NCBI GenBank assembly: GCA_963833985.1
Contig: CAWIAD010000002.1
Coordinates: 1,920,001-1,984,000, forward strand
From: an uncultured Planctomycetaceae bacterium
GTDB lineage: Bacteria > Planctomycetota > Planctomycetia > Isosphaerales > Isosphaeraceae
Direction of reading: 5' to 3'
DNA length: 64,000 bases
In this document: positions 43,846 to 53,855 of the stretch, in pieces
How the letters are laid out: every line of letters begins with the position of its first letter
Numbering within the stretch: the first letter of the stretch is position 1
Position numbers and translations under genes: made by a program
Notes under the pieces: generated by a model
What the model was told of the DNA's origin: nothing
The model's database searches: none
What the model saw: only the letters and a program-made list of their open reading frames with translations

Positions 43846-44406
43846 ATGATCACCTGCCCTGAATCGAACGCGGTGGCGGCGTGTCATGATGCGGCGGACC
43901 GCTGGCGCGCCTTGGCGGCCTGCCGCGACTATCTCCGGCTGGTGGCGCGCCGGGGCAAGTGGTCGGCGCGCGCGGGTTTCCCGGCAACGTCGGACCTTGT
44001 CCAGAGGACGCTGGTCGATGCCTGGCATCATTTCCCCCGTTTCCAGGGTCGCACGCCAGCCCAGTTGCGGGCCTGGCTCAAGGCCATTCTGGTTCACGCC
44101 GCGCTCAACGACCGGCGCCGCAAGACTCCTCGATGGGACGACCGAGGCGTATCGGACCTGATCGACGGGGGTGCATCGCCCAGCCAGGAGGCCCAGCGGA
44201 ACGCCTCGCGTGAGGCGATTGACCTGGCACTGGAACGCCTGTCGGAACGGCACCGGATGATCGTTCGATTGCGCATCTGGGATCGATGCTCCTTTGCGGA
44301 AATCGGTCGGCAAATGGCCATCTCGGAAGACGCCGCGCGGATGCTCTACGGGCGAGCCATTGCCCGGTTGCGTGAAACCGTGGGGCCCGGCCATGATCCC
44401 CTATGA
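43846..44406 (+). CDS. ECF sigma-70 factor, kinase-associated
   Basis: CRDYLRLVA, ATSDLVQRTL, FQGRTPAQLRAWLKAIL, SPSQ, SFAEIG...ARMLYGRAI. Confidence 0.9.
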   Translation: MITCPESNAVAACHDAADRWRALAACRDYLRLVARRGKWSARAGFPATSDLVQRTLVDAWHHFPRFQGRTPAQLRAWLKAILVHAALNDRRRKTPRWDDRGVSDLIDGGASPSQEAQRNASREAIDLALERLSERHRMIVRLRIWDRCSFAEIGRQMAISEDAARMLYGRAIARLRETVGPGHDPL

Positions 44407-47400
44407 GACGAGCGGCGGGCCCGGGGATGATGGCTTGCTGGAGCAGGTGATCGCCTGCGACGCCTTGCTGCATTCCGCTCCCACGCTGGATCGCGCCGCC
44501 CCGGTGGCACTCCCCGCGTCCGATGCGAACGATCGCGGCCGTGACCGGTTGCTCCTGCTGCTGACGTTGCTGAACGCGGCGGATACGGTCTCGCGGGCGG
44601 GCGAACCCGACCAGCCGGGGGCCGGTCCTGAGCGGCCTGCCGCACTCCGGAAGCAGCCGCTTCTGGGCCGGTTCGACGTGATCGAAGAGATTGGTTCCGG
44701 CGGTTTCGGCTTCGTCGTCCGTGCGCGTGACCTGCGGCTTGGCCGCGATGTCGCGCTCAAGTTCCCGTTGCCCGAGCGCGTGCTCGGCCCCGGCGACCTG
44801 CGCCGCTTCCTGAAGGAGGCCAGGGCCGCAGCCCGGCTGGATCATCCCCACATCGTGCGGGTCTTCGACGCGGCCGAGTTGGGCCCGGTGGGCTATTACA
44901 TCGCGTCGGAGTACTGTGCGGGCCCGAGCCTGCGACAGTGGCTCAGAAGCCAGCCCGAGCCGGTACCCGCGACACGGGCGGCACGCTGGCTGGCCAGCCT
45001 TGCCGACGCGGTCCAGCACGCCCATGAGCGCGGCATCCTGCACCGCGACATCAAGAGCGACAACGTGATCCTGAGCGCCGGTGCAGCCCCCGGGGAGTTC
45101 ATCCCCCGCCTCACGGATTTCGGGCTCGCCAAGCTGCTCGAGGAGCCCGGAGACGAGACCCGCAGCGGCGCCCGGCTGGGTACGCCCCATTACATGTCGC
45201 CCGAGCAAGCCGCCGGCCGGAACGCCGAGGTCGGGCCGGCGACCGACGTCTACGGCCTGGGCGCAACCCTCTACGAACTGCTCACCGGCCGGCCGCCGTT
45301 CCGGGGCGAGAACGATACGGGCACGCTCCGGCTGGTGCTGGAGGCCGAACCCGTCGCGCCGCGGACCCTCCGGCCGGGCCTGCCTCGCGACCTGGAAACC
45401 ATCTGCCTGAAATCGTTGCGCAAGAAACCAGCACGGCGATATGCGTCGGCGGCCGCCCTGCGTGACGACCTCGAGCGTTTCCTGGCCGGGCAGCCGATCG
45501 CCGGCCGGCCACCCTCGGCGTGGGAGCAAGCACGCGGCCTGGCCCGCCGGCGGCCGGCATACACCGCGGTCCTGGCCATGACCGTGCTCATGGTCCTGGC
45601 TACCCTGGGCGCAGCACTCACCTGGACCGGCTGGCTGCAATGGCACAACCGCTTGCTCGAGGCCGAAGTCGAGCGCGCGGATCGGCAGACACAGGAAGCC
45701 CGAAAACAGGCCCGGATCGCCGGCGAACAGGCGGCCCTGGCCGAAAGCCATCTTCACGCCGAGAGCCTGCGTCGTGCACAACAGGCCATGCAGGCCCAAC
45801 AGATCGAGCTCGCCCAGGACATTCTCCATGACGATGAGAACGGGTCAACCGGCGGCTTTCGGCGCGGCTTTGGCTGGCACTACCTGTGGCAGCTGGCCAC
45901 CCGCGAGATCCGCCAGCTCTGGGGTCATCAAGGCCGTGTCCAGGGCAGTGCCGTCAGCCCGGATGGCCGCTTTGTGGCCAGCGTCGATCGGTCCGGTAAC
46001 GTCTTTGTCTGGAACCGGGTGGAGGACGCGGGCCTCGACAGGCCGGACGCTTCGTTTTCCGCACCGTTTCCCGTGCATAACCTGCTGGAATTCTCAGGGG
46101 ATGGCCGGTTCTTGGCCGTCGGGCTGATCCACGGCACCGGCCCGTCGGGCGGAGTGACCCTTTTCGACCGCGCCTCGGGACGCTGCCTGGTACGAGTGCG
46201 GCTGCGCCCGGCGAAGACATCTCCGCGGCCGCTTTTGACGATCGCGATCAGCGCTTCGTGGCCGTCATTCATGGGCCGGCCGGGTTCAGTCTGCGGATTG
46301 ACAACCCGGGCAATCCCGGCGCCGCACCGTGGATCCGCGCGCTCGGTGCGTCGACCGTCTCGGCGTTCCTCTCACCAGATGCCCGGATCGCTGCCGTTCA
46401 GGACCGGGCCGGCCTTGCCCTGGCCAACCCCGAAACGGGAAGCCCTCTGGTTCAGCTTGCGGATCCGCCCGCGGAGCCGATCCTGGCCCTGAGGTTCTCG
46501 CAGGATGGGCGCTTCGTGGCCGGAAAGTGCGGACGCGAGATACGGGTCTGGGAAACGAAATGCGGGCAGAGAGTCGGACAGGCCGCGCCTGCGGGCCCGT
46601 GCGATGTCATGGAATGGAGCCGGCACGGGAAGTGGCTCGCCTGGGGTGAGACCGACGGCCGGCTGGCGGTCTTCGAGACGGCACGGGGGAGGCTCTGGGA
46701 ATTGCACGCCGGCTCGAGCCAGCGCCGCCTGCGCGGCCACGGCCTGTCGTTCTCCTCGGATGAGCAGCGCATGGTGGTGACCGCCGAATGGGCGCCGGGA
46801 GGTCCCAGGGCACCGGAAGTCTGGAACCTGGAGCGCGCGCAGCGGATGGCGCGCTATCCCGGCCGCAACGACGGTGGCTCCGCCTGCTTTCTGCCTGACG
46901 GCCACGAGGTCCTTGTGACGTCGCCCTCCGGGCCCCGTATCTGGCGGAGTGAAGCCCGCGCCGAGCCGGAGGCGCTGGAGGGCCACTCCGCGGAGGCATG
47001 GGCGACTGCCTTCTCTCCCGACGGCAAGGTGCTGGCCACTGGCAGCGACGACGTCGGCGAGCCGCGAACCATCAAGCTCTGGGACCCGGCATCGGGCACG
47101 ATGCGAGCCGGCTGGAAGGGGCACACGGCCACCGTGGCCGCGCTGGCCTTTAGCCCCGACGGCAAGGTGCTCGTCTCCGGCAGCCTGTCCTCGGGGCAGC
47201 CCGGTCATCCCAACCTGGTTCTCTGGGATGCCAGCTCTCAGGCGCGGCTGGCGGTTCTGACCGGCCATGCAGGCTGGGTGCGAGCGGTCGCCTTCAGCCC
47301 GGACGGCCACTGGCTGGCATCGGCTGGTGACGACGGCACAGTACGGCTCTGGAATGTGGCCACGAGAACGGCCCGGGCCGTCCTCACCGGTCACGCCCTC

Positions 47401-47889
47401 AGGGTGACTTCGCTCGCCTTCAGCCCCGACAGCCTGAAGCTGGCCTCGTCCTCATGCGATACGACCGCGCACGTCTGGGATGTCGGCACGGGGCAGGCAA
47501 CAGCGATCCTCCACGACGTGGACAATGTCAACGCGGTCGCCTTCGCACCGGACGGATCGATGCTCGCCTCTGCCAGCGAGAACGGCGAGATCAAGTTCTG
47601 GAATCCCACCACCGGAAATCCGCTCCGAACCATCCGCGGCTCGGCGGGGATGCTGCGATGCCTGGCCTACACGCCCGATGGGCGTGCCATCGCGGCCGCG
47701 GGCAAGGGCCAGGTCATCCATCTCTGGGACATCGCCACCGGCCAGGAGACCCTTGCTCTTCAGGGTCACAGGGCAACCGTGAATTCCCTGGCCATCGCGC
47801 CGGACGGATCGATGCTCGCCTCCGGCAGCCACGAGGGAGTTGTGCGTCTCTGGCGCGCCAGCGCGGTCGGCCTGCCGACGAGGCCGTGA
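44393..47889 (+). CDS. Ser/Thr protein kinase with TM segment and C-terminal WD40 repeats (frameshift near ~46205)
   Basis: IGSGGFG, VALK, HRDIKSDN, TDFGLAK, GTPHYMSPEQ; many GH...AFSPDG...LWD repeats. Confidence 0.93.
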
Positions 47890-48011
47890 TACCCCGGCCA
47901 CGCCCGCATGCATCGAGCCGCCAGGGTCACGCATGGAAGCGGCGTCAGGAAGACGATGCGTGCGTGAACCGACTCCCGGCCGCCGTTCCTGAGCTTTCTC
48001 CGGTATCCCGT

Positions 48012-48377
48012 TCAGGATGCGCTACAGGCTCCCGGCAACACCGGGCGTACTTCCATGACCGCGTGCGGGAGGCGCGGGCATCGCGCGGCCCACTCCAGCG
48101 CCGTGTCCATGTCCGGGACGTCGATGATGAGGAACCCGCCGAGCTGCTCCTTGGTCTCGGCGAAGGGGCCATCCAGCACCAGGCGCTTGCCCTCGCTGAG
48201 CCGCACCGTCCGGGCCGTGTCCGGCCCTTGCAGGCCCGACCCGGTCACGAATACCCCGGCCTCCCTGAGCGCCTGCGAGTAGGAAGGCCAGGCCTCCCAG
48301 TACGATTGCTGCCGCTCGGGGTCCACGCGCAACGCGAAGTCTTCGGGCTTCTCGTAGATCAATATTGAGTAGTGCAT
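48012..48377 (-). CDS. YciI/DGPF family protein
   Basis: DGPFAETKEQLGGF, ALEWAARCP, EVRPV. Confidence 0.92.
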   Translation of the reverse strand: MHYSILIYEKPEDFALRVDPERQQSYWEAWPSYSQALREAGVFVTGSGLQGPDTARTVRLSEGKRLVLDGPFAETKEQLGGFLIIDVPDMDTALEWAARCPRLPHAVMEVRPVLPGACSAS

Positions 48378-48751
48378 GGCGAGTTCCTCCGGAATGGGGA
48401 TCTTGAACCGTGCCCACGCGAGCCGGACATCCTCAAGATGACGAGCGTACCTTCCGGGTTTCGACAGAGCCCGGAAAAAACGCCTGGGTCTTCGGCATGC
48501 GAAGAGCATCACTGCCAGGAAAAGGCCTGGCTTGCACTCCATCCCGGCGGGCAAACCGTTCCGCCGGACTTCCGCGATCTGATCCGCCCGCCCACTCCGC
48601 CCGCCCGCGAAGAGCGGGCATCGGTTCCCTTGCCAGCGCCCTCCCCGTGCGTCTAACATGGAGTGTTCGCGGTTTGCCGGTGACGCCTTGCAACGGGCGG
48701 ATCGGAGCTGGTCAGAACCGCCCTTTGTGCCCTCGATCCGGCAAGGAGCCC

Positions 48752-50470
48752 ATGCAGTACAACCCTGCCAATCCGCTGATCGTGCAAGGTGACCGCACGA
48801 TCCTCCTGGAAGTGGACAATCCGCTGCACGCCCAGGCCCGAGACACCATCGCGCCGTTTGCCGAGCTGGAGAAGAGCCCCGAGCATATCCACACCTACCG
48901 CCTGACGCCGCTCTCCCTCTGGAACGCCGCTGCCGCCGGCATGACCGCCGAGGAGATGATCACCGGTCTCGAACAATACACCAAGTTTCCCATTCCACCG
49001 AATTTGCCCGCGGATCTGCGCGACCTGGTGAGCCGTTACGGCCGGGTCCGCCTCGAGCGAATGGACGGGGGGCTGCGGCTCATTACCAACGACCAGCCCC
49101 TGCTGGAGGAGCTGGCACGCCAGCGCGGGGTACGCGATTACCTGGGCGAGCGGCTCGCTCCCACCTGCTTCGCCATCGACGACGCCCACCGCGGCGTGCT
49201 CAAGCAGGCGCTCATCGCCGTGGGTTACCCGGCCGAGGACCTGGCCGGATATACCCCGGGCGCGGGGCTCGCGCTGAGCCTGCGGCCGTCGACGCGCTCG
49301 GGCTTGCCGTTCCAGGTGCGGGACTACCAGCGGGCGGCCGTTGATGCCTTCCATGCCGGGGGCGACGTCAAGGGCGGCTCTGGCGTCATCGTCCTGCCCT
49401 GCGGCGCGGGCAAGACCATTGTCGGCCTGGCGGCCCTGGCAGCGCTCGGGACCGAGACGCTGGTACTGACCACCAGCACCACCGCGGTGGAGCAGTGGCG
49501 GCGCGAGATCCTGGACAAGACCGACATCGACGAGCACAAGGTCACCCTCTACACGGGCGACTCCAAGGCGATCGGCCCGGTCACGCTGGCCACTTACCAG
49601 ATCGTCACCTACCGGCCCAAGAAGGACGGCGACTTCCCGCATTTCGGCCTCTTCAACCAGCGCGACTGGGGGCTGATTATCTATGACGAGGTCCATCTGC
49701 TACCGGCGCCTGTGTTTCGCATCACCGCCGACATCCAGGCGCGGAGGCGGCTGGGGCTGACGGCCACGCTGGTCCGCGAGGACCATCACGAGGAAGACGT
49801 CTTCAGCCTCATCGGCCCCAAGAAGTACGACGTCCCCTGGCGTGTGCTCGAGTCCAAGGGTTGGATCGCCGAAGCCCAGTGCCATGAGATCCGCCTCGGC
49901 CTGCCGGCCACCCTGCGCATGGACTACGCCCTCGCCGAGTGGCGCGACAAGTTCCGCCTCGCCAGCGAGAACCCCGTCAAGGAAGACCTGGTCGGTCTCT
50001 TGCTTGAGCGGCACGACGGGCCCGAGGATCGCGTGCTCGTGATCGGTCAGTACCTCAAGCAATTGCGGCGGATTGCCGATCGGTTCGACCTGCCGCTCAT
50101 CACAGGGGCCACCTCGAACGCCGATCGCGAGGACCTGTACGGCCGGTTTCGAACCGGGGCGCTCCGCCGGCTGGTCCTGTCCAAGGTGGGCAACTTCGCG
50201 ATCGATCTGCCCGACGCCAACGTGATGGTGCAGGTTTCCGGCACGTTCGGCAGCCGCCAGGAGGAGGCCCAGCGGCTGGGACGAATCCTCCGTCCCAAGG
50301 AAGGCGAGAAGCCCGCCTGTTTCTATACCCTGGTCACGCGCGACACGCGTGAGATGGACTTTGCCCACCATCGCCAGCTCTTCCTCACCGAGCAGGGTTA
50401 CAGCTACGAGATCGTCGATGAATCGGAATTGACCGACCGGCTCACGGCCCGCTCGCACGCGGCCTCCTGA
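48752..50470 (+). CDS. xpb: XPB/Rad25/Ssl2-type SF2 DNA helicase/translocase
   Basis: NPLIVQGD N-terminal domain, GVIVLPCGAGKT, DEVH, LGLTATLVRED, GSRQEEAQRLGRILR; RBS AAGGAG. Confidence 0.96.
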   Translation: MQYNPANPLIVQGDRTILLEVDNPLHAQARDTIAPFAELEKSPEHIHTYRLTPLSLWNAAAAGMTAEEMITGLEQYTKFPIPPNLPADLRDLVSRYGRVRLERMDGGLRLITNDQPLLEELARQRGVRDYLGERLAPTCFAIDDAHRGVLKQALIAVGYPAEDLAGYTPGAGLALSLRPSTRSGLPFQVRDYQRAAVDAFHAGGDVKGGSGVIVLPCGAGKTIVGLAALAALGTETLVLTTSTTAVEQWRREILDKTDIDEHKVTLYTGDSKAIGPVTLATYQIVTYRPKKDGDFPHFGLFNQRDWGLIIYDEVHLLPAPVFRITADIQARRRLGLTATLVREDHHEEDVFSLIGPKKYDVPWRVLESKGWIAEAQCHEIRLGLPATLRMDYALAEWRDKFRLASENPVKEDLVGLLLERHDGPEDRVLVIGQYLKQLRRIADRFDLPLITGATSNADREDLYGRFRTGALRRLVLSKVGNFAIDLPDANVMVQVSGTFGSRQEEAQRLGRILRPKEGEKPACFYTLVTRDTREMDFAHHRQLFLTEQGYSYEIVDESELTDRLTARSHAAS

Positions 50471-50525
50471 ATGCCGGTGCCGGAACGCCGCCCGCAACGA
50501 AATGGAACCGCGAGAGCCAGCAGCG

Positions 50526-50750
50526 ATGAGCCGCCTGCCATCCAAGATCCCCGTGAAGCTGCACCGCAACGTGCGGCTGATTCGCACCGTGGACCCGGTC
50601 CTCGCCGAGGAGCTGCTGGCCCGTAAAACCCTGTCCCGGCTCGTCCTGGCCCGGCTCTCCGAAAATGTCCTGCTCATCGATCCGGAAGAAATCGAGGCCG
50701 CCATCGACGAACTGCGCAAGATGGGTCACACGCCGCGGATCGTCCGCTAA
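50526..50750 (+). CDS. Small alpha/beta protein, putative p8/Tfb5-like partner of XPB
   Basis: NVRLIRTVDPVLAEELL...RLVLARLSENVLLIDPEEIEAAIDELRKMG; co-oriented between xpb and the next gene; resembles internal domains of both neighbours. Confidence 0.75.
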   Translation: MSRLPSKIPVKLHRNVRLIRTVDPVLAEELLARKTLSRLVLARLSENVLLIDPEEIEAAIDELRKMGHTPRIVR

Positions 50751-50773
50751 AGGAATCTCGAGCGATCGCCGCC

Positions 50774-53076
50774 ATGTCCAGCCCGACTCTCAGCTCCGAT
50801 TCCAGCGGTTCCACGGTCCCGTCCGCGGGTGAGGGCGAACCAGCCGATCGCCGGCTCGCGTTCCGCTCGGCCCTGGCACGCTACCAGCCGTCCAGGCTCG
50901 GCGTGATCGTCCAGCTCCGCAAGCTGCAAACCGAGGCGACCCGGGCCAGCATCCTCGCCGCCGAGCCTCACCGCCCAGCTTGATTCCGCGAGCACCGTCA
51001 CGGAACTCCTGGGCGGTCTCGGCCCCGGATCGATCCAGGCGCTGGGCCTCTTCGCGCTGGCCGAGACCTCGGCCTGGCCGTTCACCGGTCTCAGCTTCTC
51101 CCTCTCGATCCTGGGCGTCGAGCCCGTCCCGGCCATCCTTGCCCTGCTGGAGCTGGGCCTGCTCGCGCTGGACACCGCTCCCGATTTCCAGCCCATCGAC
51201 GATTTCCAGGCCCGGCTTGATCAGGGGCCCGCGCACTTGCTGCTGCTTCGTTCGCACCCCGCCCTTCCGCAGGCCGTCCGCGTGAGCAAGCCGGACGGCA
51301 CGCTGTCCGCGGTGACGGGAGAGGTGGGGAGGATCCGCGAACCGGATGGGCTGGAGCCCATCCTGCGGCTGGCCGCACTCTGGCAGCGCGTCGGCATCGA
51401 GCCGCTCCGGCAGACCGGCCAGGGGACCCTCTACAAGCGCGACCTGGAACGCCTTGAGCTGGACCCGGTGCTTGCCGGCGCAGTCAGCGACGCCCCTGAG
51501 CCGGTGGATGCCCTGTCCCTGCTCTGGCTGGCCCTGTCGCGCCGGGTGGGCTTGATCCGGCTCGAGAACGGCAGCGACCGGCTCGTGGCGGCGAGTGCGG
51601 AGTTCTGGACTGACAACGCCGTGCACCTGCCCCAGATGATCGCCACGAGCTGGCTGGGACTGAGCAACTGGCAAGAGTCCGAACCCGCAGGGGAAGCGCC
51701 GGAGCGCCCCATGCCGCTGGCGTTCCTCCGCCCTCCCCTCTTGCTCTGGCTGGCCTCACTCCCGCCCGGCGACTGGGTGGCTCTGGACGACCTGGCCCAG
51801 CACTTGAAGGCCAGGAACCCCGACTGGGACCGCGCTCTCGTATCGCCGTCAGCCGAAGGCTCCTCCGCGGGCGGCCGTCGGGGAGCCAGCCCGCGCGCCA
51901 GGGCGCGGCGTCGCCAGCCCGGCTGCCGCGCGGAGATCGGCTCCTCCGCCTCTTGCTGCTGGGCTCCGGCTACGCGCTGGGGCTCGTCCGCACGGGCGAG
52001 GAGACGTCCACCGGCCGGACGGTCGTGCAGCTCACGGAGCTGGGCCGCTACGTGCTGGCCATGGGGCCTCCGCCTCCGCCCCGGCCCACCTTCGATCATT
52101 TCCTGTTCGTCCAGCCCAACCTCGAGATCATCGCCTATCGCCAGGGCCTGACCCCGCAGCTCGTCGGGCGGCTCAGCCGGTTTGCCTGGTGGTCGAAGTT
52201 CGGGGCCGCCATCGAGCTCAAGCTGACTCAGGAATCGATCCTGCTGGGATTGGACGGAGGAGAGACCCCCGAACAGATGATCAAGCTCCTGGCGCGTCAC
52301 AGCCAGCGCCCGCTGCCGGTGCTGATCGCCGACGCCATCCACCGCTGGGCCAACCGGCGTGAACAGGTCACGGTTTACGCCACGGCCCTGCTCATCGAGT
52401 TCCGATCGCGCGGCGAGCGCGATCAGGCGCTGGTGGACTGGCAAGAGATGGACTCCGGCAGGTTCGTCCCGGTCGCCGAGCTGTTTCTGCTGGTGGAGAA
52501 CTCCCAGCAGATTCCCTCCGACCGGATCCGTACCACCAGCTCCCGCGATTACCGCCAGGCCCGGGAAACTTGCGTCTTCATCGAACCCGACGGCGTGACC
52601 CTGGTGCTCGATCCCGTGCGCTCGGACCTCCTCATCGACGCCGAGATTTCCCGGATCGCCGATGAGCTCGAGATGGAACCGGGGCAGACGGCGCGCCGGT
52701 ACAGGGTCACACCGTCGTCGGTGGCCCGGGCCTGCGCGCTGGGCATGAGCCCGGGCAAGATCAGCGACTGGTTCCTGCAACGGACCGGCATGCCTCCCTC
52801 GCCGGCCATTCACCTGCTCTTCGAGAGCAGCGCCGGGCGCCGACGATCCTGCACGCGCGGCGAATGCTCATCGTATCCACCCCCACGCCGCACATCGCCG
52901 ACGGCCTGCTTCAGCACCCCGCGACCCGAGATTACTTCTCCGACCGCGTGGGCCCGACCGCCCTGGCCGTCCCGGAAGACCTGCTTCCAGGGCTGCAAGA
53001 AGCCTTGATGCAGCTTCACGTCGAGGTCCGGCAACGAGACCTTTCAGGCCCGGCTCATCCGGACCGGCCTCGCTGA
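50774..53076 (+). CDS. Helicase-associated (Helicase_C_3-like, p52/Tfb2-like) protein, ~770 aa after correcting frameshifts at ~50965, ~51930, ~52840
   Basis: LRQTGQGTLYKRD, QLTELGRYVL, FLFVQPNLEIIAY...KLTQESILLGLDGG...LPVLIADAIHRW, and a second repeat FIEPDG...YRVTPSSVARACALGMS. Confidence 0.85.
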
Positions 53077-53080
53077 CGCA

Positions 53081-53776
53081 TCAAAGCAGCTTCACATTCA
53101 CATTCCGGAATTCGATCCGCCAGCCCTCGGCCTCCAGACCGGCGTAACCGCGCGGCACCTGGCAGCTCTTCCACTCGTTGGTCACAGCGCCGTTCACCCA
53201 GAGCGTCACGTTCCGGCCCTTGCAGGTGATCTCGTAGGTGTTCCACTCGCCGGCCGGCTTGACCCGCTGTTCATGAACATCTTTCTGAAAATTGAAAGAC
53301 TTCAGGGCATAGGAGGCCATCGTCTCGCCGAACAGGAAGCCGCCCGATGCGCTGCCGCACTGGGCCTGGTGCCACGTCTTGCCGTCCGACGAATTGCGGA
53401 CGTACACGCCCGAGTTATACCCCTTCTTGCCCTCGACCGGCACGAACCGCCATTCGACATGATAGATGTAGTCGGTCAGGTTCTGGTCCAGCCGGAGCCA
53501 TTCGTGTCCGCCATCACCGCGGCAGGTGAGGACCCTGGTGGCAGGATCGAGCGACCATTGCGAGCCGGCACGCAGCTCGCCGTCGGGCGGAATCGGCTTG
53601 CGTGTCCAGCCGTCGAGTTCCGGCCCGGCGTTCACCAGCATGTCGATCCATCCGCTCGGGTCCTTCTCCAGGGCGCTCGGATCGTCGCTCCGCCCCGAGC
53701 CGGCCAGCCCGGCGACAACAGCCAGTGCCGGCCCCAGGAAGAGCATCCATCGACAGTTCAATCGCCGGGACAGCAT
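53081..53776 (-). CDS. DUF1080 / 3-keto-disaccharide hydrolase family secreted protein
   Basis: Signal peptide, LDGW, YNSGVYVR, GEWNTYEITC, VNG, GLEAEG..IEFRN. Confidence 0.92.
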   Translation of the reverse strand: MLSRRLNCRWMLFLGPALAVVAGLAGSGRSDDPSALEKDPSGWIDMLVNAGPELDGWTRKPIPPDGELRAGSQWSLDPATRVLTCRGDGGHEWLRLDQNLTDYIYHVEWRFVPVEGKKGYNSGVYVRNSSDGKTWHQAQCGSASGGFLFGETMASYALKSFNFQKDVHEQRVKPAGEWNTYEITCKGRNVTLWVNGAVTNEWKSCQVPRGYAGLEAEGWRIEFRNVNVKLL

Positions 53777-53855
53777 GTTCTGACCCTCATCAGTGGATCG
53801 GCCGGCGCCATGACGTTCTCGGCTCGCCTTGATACCGGCGTGTTTCCAGGAAAGC

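Noticed and set aside
48545..48575. GGCAAACC as a c-di-GMP-I riboswitch
   Set aside because: The downstream GAAA tetraloop and GCAAAGC elements are absent.
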